Of a stretch of 43,283 nt of DNA, positions 38,530 through 43,283 are shown piece after piece. Under the pieces are notes generated by a model. That model made no database searches. It saw only the letters and a list, made by a program, of their open reading frames with translations, and was not told the origin of the DNA. Position 1 is the stretch's first letter. Each line of letters opens with the position of its first letter. The position numbers were made by a program, and so were the translations under genes. The DNA comes from Candidatus Nanoarchaeia archaeon (GTDB lineage: Archaea > Nanobdellota > Nanobdellia > SCGC-AAA011-G17 > JACPNG01): NCBI GenBank assembly GCA_030745695.1, contig JASLOB010000014.1, positions 1-43,283 on the forward strand, given 5' to 3'.

Positions 38530-38967
38530 ATGCCTGTTAAGAAAGGAGATAAAATAAAAGTAGATTATGAAGGAACATTAGAAGATGGAACTGTATTTGA
38601 TAGTTCAACACATGGAGATCATTCCCATCCTTTAGAATTCGAAGTAGGTTCTGGACAATTGATAAAAGGATTTGATGAAGGTGTAATTGGAATGGAAAAA
38701 GGAGAAGAAAAAACCATTAAATTAGAATCTTCAGAAGCTTATGGTGATCCTAAGCCAGAATTAGTTAAAAAATTTCCTAGAGAACAACTTCCTAAAGATC
38801 AAGAACCTAAAGAAGGTATGACTTTATTGATAAAATCACAAGATGGAAACCAACTTCCAGCAAAAATAACAAAAGTTGATGATAAAGAGGTTACAATAGA
38901 CTTAAACCACCCTTTAGCTAGCAAAACACTAAATTTTAAGATTAAAGTAATTGAAATATCTTCTTAA
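38530..38967 (+). CDS. slyD: FKBP-type peptidyl-prolyl isomerase (SlyD-like)
   Basis: YEGTLEDGTVFDSS, LIKGFD, AYG, IDLNHPLA. Confidence 0.94.
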   Translation: MPVKKGDKIKVDYEGTLEDGTVFDSSTHGDHSHPLEFEVGSGQLIKGFDEGVIGMEKGEEKTIKLESSEAYGDPKPELVKKFPREQLPKDQEPKEGMTLLIKSQDGNQLPAKITKVDDKEVTIDLNHPLASKTLNFKIKVIEISS

Positions 38968-39074
38968 CCAAAATCTTAATCTGTATATAAACTAAAGCTT
39001 TAAAAAGGATTATTTCTATGTTTTTTAAGTAATAAACTCTAAAATGAAGGTTATTTTATTTTAGTGGAGGAAAC

Positions 39075-39374
39075 ATGGAAGGAGTAGTTAAGTGGTTTAA
39101 CACCAAAAAAGGATATGGTTTCGTCAAAGGAGACGATGGAGAAGACTATTTTGTACATTATAGTGCTTTGCCAAGAGATACAAACGTAAACGAGAACGAT
39201 AGAGTATCTTTTGATCCTGCACAAAGTGACAGAGGAAAACAAGCACAAAACGTACAAATAATAGGAAAAGAAGAACCAAAACCTGAAGGCGAAGAACAAG
39301 AATCTGAGGAATCTCAAGAAGGATCTGAAGAAGCTCAAGAAGATTTTGGCGAAGAAACTGAAGAACAAAATTAA
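39075..39374 (+). CDS. cold-shock domain protein with acidic C-terminal tail
   Basis: GVVKWFNTKKGYGFV (RNP1), YFVHYS (RNP2), QAQNV; SD GGAGG. Confidence 0.95.
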   Translation: MEGVVKWFNTKKGYGFVKGDDGEDYFVHYSALPRDTNVNENDRVSFDPAQSDRGKQAQNVQIIGKEEPKPEGEEQESEESQEGSEEAQEDFGEETEEQN

Positions 39375-39456
39375 TCAATTCTTTAATAATTTTTATTAAT
39401 TTTAAAATATTAAAGTTATAGTTCTAATAAAGGACTTCATTCAGGTATTTAGTAAT

Positions 39457-39906
39457 ATGGCTTTAAAAATATTAAATAATAAAGAGAAGAAAAAGGTAAT
39501 TGATGTAATAAAAGAACAGTATAATATTAATAAATTAGATTTAGATTATATATTCTTAAAAAATAATGACAATAAAGTGTTTATTTTAAGTAAAGATTTT
39601 TCTAAAATTAATATTGATAACATAAGAGTTAATTCTTTTGGGTTATATTTTGCTAAAATACATCCAAATGGAGTAAGATTAAGTATAGAAGGCTCTCAAT
39701 TGATAGGAGAGTATGCTAATAAAAATATTTTAGATATTAATAAAAAAGAAGTTAATTTATGGGTTAGAGGTAATGATATTTTAACTAATGAAAAATTGGA
39801 TGGATTTGTTATTATAAAATCAAAAAATGATTATTTTGGATCTGGATATTATAAAGAAGGAAAAATACAAAATATGATATCTAAAGATAGAAGGATTAAG
39901 AAATAA
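39457..39906 (+). CDS. NIP7/PUA-like RNA-binding protein (RsmF C-terminal-like)
   Basis: GLYFAK, RLSIEGSQLIG, WVRGND, ISKDRR. Confidence 0.75.
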   Translation: MALKILNNKEKKKVIDVIKEQYNINKLDLDYIFLKNNDNKVFILSKDFSKINIDNIRVNSFGLYFAKIHPNGVRLSIEGSQLIGEYANKNILDINKKEVNLWVRGNDILTNEKLDGFVIIKSKNDYFGSGYYKEGKIQNMISKDRRIKK

Positions 39907-40305
39907 TTAATAACGCATATCTAACTCTTCTGAATTAAAAGGAGTTTCTCTATACTCTAAAATAATACAAAGAGATAGATATTCTAAATCATGTCTAACA
40001 CCTTTCTCAAACACTAGTTCTATAACATTGTCTTTTCCAGCTTCAATTACCATATCTAATGTTTCACCCTTATTATTTTCTGCATATAATCTAGCTTTTC
40101 CCACTATAAGACCTATTCTTTCAGGATCTTTTGACGGATCTTTACCAGTATGATAATGAAGTTTATGGGGTGTACCTTTCTCTCTAATGTTTAAGGTTAC
40201 TTGTCTTCCTAGAACCCCCTTCCATAATTCAAATGTTGGTTTAGATAAATCTCCAGGATTTACTGGAGGTAATTCTTTAACTTCTACACCTTTAATAGTC
40301 TTCAT
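39907..40305 (-). CDS. cupin-fold protein
   Basis: LHYH...E..LIVG, FEKGVRH. Confidence 0.55.
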   Translation of the reverse strand: MKTIKGVEVKELPPVNPGDLSKPTFELWKGVLGRQVTLNIREKGTPHKLHYHTGKDPSKDPERIGLIVGKARLYAENNKGETLDMVIEAGKDNVIELVFEKGVRHDLEYLSLCIILEYRETPFNSEELDMRY

Positions 40306-40335
40306 AATCAGATGTAAAATAGTTTATTTATAAAA

Positions 40336-40746
40336 TTAGTTATATTTTTTAGTCATTAACAAATATACAAGAATTAAAGCTCCGATTGTAATAAATGAAT
40401 CTGCAACATTAAAAGTAGGCCAAAATTGAAAATCAATAAAATCTCTAACATATCCTAAAAATATTCTATCAATCAAATTTCCTATTGTTCCACCCAAAAT
40501 AAAACTAAATGCACGAATAGCAGATTTATTCTTTATAGTAATTAGATAATAAATTAATATGATCATAACGACTAAAGAAATTAAAATTAAAAAATATCTA
40601 TACCCTTGTAAGATTCCAAACGCTGCTCCTGTATTCTCTACATATCTTAATAAAAATAATTTCAAATCCAAGTTTATATTTTTAGAATAAAATTTAGTTA
40701 ATTGATCTAAGATAACTATAAAAAAAACTAAAATATAAGATTTCAT
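40336..40746 (-). CDS. lspA: lipoprotein signal peptidase II
   Basis: DQLTK, NTGAAFG, GGTIGNLIDR, VRDFID, FNVADS (both catalytic Asp). Confidence 0.95.
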   Translation of the reverse strand: MKSYILVFFIVILDQLTKFYSKNINLDLKLFLLRYVENTGAAFGILQGYRYFLILISLVVMIILIYYLITIKNKSAIRAFSFILGGTIGNLIDRIFLGYVRDFIDFQFWPTFNVADSFITIGALILVYLLMTKKYN

Positions 40747-40946
40747 TTAATTGTTCTAATAAATTCTTCAATTCTTTCTAATCTACCATTAATATTTTCT
40801 AATCTTGAGTTAACCAAATCTAACTTACCAATAACTATCTCCATATCTCTCTCATAATAACCTTCTCCACCATAATAAGGTTGTTCTGTTGGTTGTTCTA
40901 ATTCTTGTTCTTCTTCTTTCTTTTTTAATAAACTAAAAGGCCAGAT
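40743..40946 (-). CDS. small coiled-coil protein with apparent ATC start (not in ORF track)
   Basis: SD GAGGTGA 6 nt upstream; (I)WPFSLLKKK...DMEIVIGKLDLVNSRLENINGRLERIEEF; fills the gap exactly, ATGA overlap with lspA. Confidence 0.7.
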   Translation of the reverse strand: MWPFSLLKKKEEEQELEQPTEQPYYGGEGYYERDMEIVIGKLDLVNSRLENINGRLERIEEFIRTIK

Positions 40947-41440
40947 TATCTTTCACCTCTTAAATTCAAAAATGATTTAGCTTGATTAAAAACTTCATAA
41001 GTTTCTTTTTTTAACTCATCTGCATATCTATCATATTTAGCTTTCATAATAAAATGGTCATATAAAGCTCTAGAAAATTTTAAGAAAAAATTTCTTTCCC
41101 ATAGATCTTCATAATCTTTTTGGATAAAAGATTCAAATTTTAAGCTACAAACACCCTTACAAGCCATAGCTTCTTTAGTTTGTACATTCACAACATCACT
41201 TAATTTAAGTCTAATCTCTATATGAAATTTAATGTAATCATCAATCTTTTTTTCTGCTTCCCATTTAATAGAATCACTTTTTTCTCCACCTTCTTTCAAT
41301 ACATCAATATACTCTTTTTCAAAGAAATCATAACTATGAAGATCAAACCATGACTTCAATAATCTATATAAATCTGCAAAATTAAAAGTTGCTTTTTGTT
41401 CTATTTTTATAGCTGGAATAACATAATCTATCTCTGCCAT
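40946..41440 (-). CDS. hypothetical protein, paralogue 3 of tandem family
   Basis: FNFADLYRLLKSWFDLHSY..EKEY..WEAEKKIDDY. Confidence 0.8.
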   Translation of the reverse strand: MAEIDYVIPAIKIEQKATFNFADLYRLLKSWFDLHSYDFFEKEYIDVLKEGGEKSDSIKWEAEKKIDDYIKFHIEIRLKLSDVVNVQTKEAMACKGVCSLKFESFIQKDYEDLWERNFFLKFSRALYDHFIMKAKYDRYADELKKETYEVFNQAKSFLNLRGER

Positions 41441-41476
41441 AATATTAAGAAGAATATTTTATTTTTAATGTTTTCG

Positions 41477-41959
41477 TTATACATACACATTTAAAAATTC
41501 TCTAGTTTCTTCAATTAAACTATAAAACTTACCATAAAGATCTAATTTGTACTCTTCAATCCTCTTTCTTATTATAAATCTTTCATAAAGTTCCATAAAA
41601 AAGTTATCTGGAAGACTTTTTTCTAATTTAGCTGAAAAAATCATATCAAAATCCCCTCTTTGAATTTTTATTTTTTTTTCTTCTTTTTGTATTTCAACAT
41701 CCTTAATTCCAACATAAATAGCATCTAAAGTTATCAAATAAGTAAAATCAGGGCTTCTTTTTTTTCTGCATTCCCAATTAAATTCTATTTTTTTACTTCC
41801 ACCAGGAAGCATAGTTTCTATATACTGAACTTCATTTGTGTTAGCCCAATAACCATTAAATTCAAGCCACATTTGTATCCATCTATAAAATTCAGCCACA
41901 TCTAACATTCCTACATGTCTTACTCTAGTTGAAGGAGCTACTTCTATCTTCTTTATCAT
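41477..41959 (-). CDS. hypothetical protein, paralogue 2 of tandem family
   Basis: GMLDVAEFYRWIQMWLEFNGY..EVQY..WECRKK. Confidence 0.8.
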   Translation of the reverse strand: MIKKIEVAPSTRVRHVGMLDVAEFYRWIQMWLEFNGYWANTNEVQYIETMLPGGSKKIEFNWECRKKRSPDFTYLITLDAIYVGIKDVEIQKEEKKIKIQRGDFDMIFSAKLEKSLPDNFFMELYERFIIRKRIEEYKLDLYGKFYSLIEETREFLNVYV

Positions 41960-41971
41960 AATACCTCTTTT

Positions 41972-42484
41972 TTAAGTTCCATAAACATGAAGATACAATC
42001 CAAGTTTTTCTTTAACTAAATTATGTAAATTAACTAAATCAAGATATACTTTTCTTTCATAATCTCCCTTAATCTTATCTTTTATAATATAATTATTATA
42101 AATTAAATTTAAAAATCTTGAAATAAAATTTTTGTTCCATCTATTTTTATAATCCAAAAAAATATTAGCTTTAAAATTTATGTTCATATCTCCTTTATCT
42201 AAATTTTTATTTTTTATTTTTACTTTTTCCATCTCTATGATTAATATAGAAACATTAATATGAAATCTTGAATAATCATCCATATCTCTTTCAGATTTTA
42301 AGCCAACAAGAACTTCATATCCCACATCTCTATTTTTGCTTTGAGTTGATATTTGAACAGTATACTTTCTTTCTTCAAGATAATTTTGGATTGATTTTAC
42401 TAAATCTTTTATATCATAAACTCCTTTTTGATGTATCTTGATGCCATCTTTAGACATCATTTGGTGCTCCCCTCTAGTTATCAT
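41972..42484 (-). CDS. hypothetical protein, paralogue 1 of tandem family
   Basis: GVYDIKDLVKSIQNYLEERKY..RDMDDY..DYKNRW. Confidence 0.8.
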   Translation of the reverse strand: MITRGEHQMMSKDGIKIHQKGVYDIKDLVKSIQNYLEERKYTVQISTQSKNRDVGYEVLVGLKSERDMDDYSRFHINVSILIIEMEKVKIKNKNLDKGDMNINFKANIFLDYKNRWNKNFISRFLNLIYNNYIIKDKIKGDYERKVYLDLVNLHNLVKEKLGLYLHVYGT

Positions 42485-42563
42485 ACTTATAAATTACTAA
42501 ATTAATTAATAAATTCTTCGGTAACAAAAAAACCTTTATAAGAGAGGATAACATCAAAATTAT

Positions 42564-43283
42564 ATGGCTGATAATCATCTTTTTTCACAATTATTTGCAA
42601 CAGAAAAACAAATAGAAAATATAGAAGAAAAACCAATAGATGATATTAAAAAAGATCTAGAAAAAATAACAGATAAAATATCTTTCTTAAAAAGATTATT
42701 AGATAAAATAAAGGAAGTAAATAAAAAAAGACAAGTAAGAGAATTATTAATTAATGAAATAAAAAGTAAAAATAAAGGTGCCCAATACTTCATGGGTTAT
42801 GACTCAGTTGCAGAAGGATTAGAACCTGTTTATTTTTGGCTTTTAGATTTTCTAAGAAATAAACCTTTAGCAGGAATTGGTTATGAAGTAGATAAAACTA
42901 AAGAAGATTTTGAAGCATCTGTGGGATCAGCTTTTTTTGGAGAGATAGGTGGAAGAGGAACAAGAATGCAAGAACAAGCAATGAAGATGATGGGTACAAT
43001 AAATACTGTAGTAAGAAGTATAATCAATTTGATCTATGACTTAAAAGAATTTAAGATGAGATTAGAAAATTATAATAATTTAAAATCTGAAGATGAGGAA
43101 GTTAGAAAAACAGCTGATCTTGGGTTAAAACAAACTTGGTTAGATAATGTAGATATTAAAAGAGGAAGAGGAGCAATCCACTCAATGGCTCAACAATTAA
43201 ATTTTGTTACAGTAAGAGATGCATTTCTTTATGCAAAAGATTCTAAACAAGTTGACACAATGGATTTGAATGATAGAGTAAAA
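42564..43283 (+). CDS. large hypothetical protein, partial (runs off window)
   Basis: open frame from ATG 42564 to the end: YDSVAEGLEPVYFWLLDFL, FEASVGSAFFGEIG, LKQTWLDNVD. Confidence 0.85.
   Translation, partial: MADNHLFSQLFATEKQIENIEEKPIDDIKKDLEKITDKISFLKRLLDKIKEVNKKRQVRELLINEIKSKNKGAQYFMGYDSVAEGLEPVYFWLLDFLRNKPLAGIGYEVDKTKEDFEASVGSAFFGEIGGRGTRMQEQAMKMMGTINTVVRSIINLIYDLKEFKMRLENYNNLKSEDEEVRKTADLGLKQTWLDNVDIKRGRGAIHSMAQQLNFVTVRDAFLYAKDSKQVDTMDLNDRVK

Noticed and set aside
3097..42793. Antisense/shadow ORFs in the track (e.g. 3097-3378, 4796-5077, 9165-9479, 21350-21655, 35438-36025, 36811-37116, 39051-39368, 42575-42793)
   Set aside because: They lie opposite well-supported genes and have the F/L/S/I-rich composition expected from reverse-complemented AT-rich coding DNA
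1..43283. CRISPR array, cas genes, rRNA, transposases
   Set aside because: No regularly spaced repeats or recognisable motifs seen

Overview
AT-rich archaeal chromosome segment, most consistent with a DPANN lineage (Woesearchaeota/Pacearchaeota-like). Evidence: intron-containing C1-G72 tRNA-Tyr without encoded CCA, archaeal-type GluRS, class I LysRS, Mre11-Rad50, RNase J, TATA-box promoters and many small orphan ORFs. Housekeeping genes include ndk, grpE, dnaK, purC, sua5/tsaC, mre11, rad50, a DEAD-box helicase, lemA, rnj, corA, gltX, an FKBP PPIase, a cold-shock protein and lspA. The main finding is a ~6.05 kb integrase-less island bounded by an exact 20-bp duplication of the tRNA-Tyr 3' end (6485-6504 / 12535-12554). 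It carries one tightly coupled operon: class I LysRS, a stand-alone degenerate AlaRS catalytic core, an MccF-like S66 peptidase, a SAM methyltransferase and two dCTP-deaminase paralogues with complementary active-site substitutions. This resembles a biosynthesis/immunity cluster for an aminoacyl-nucleotide (inference). Other observations: a structured, pseudoknot-capable leader and palindromic operator before grpE-dnaK; a tRNA intron containing a near-copy of the anticodon arm; a probable gene starting at ATC; a three-paralogue operon of unknown function ending in lspA; and many gene relics. All family calls come from motif recognition by eye; no searches were run.
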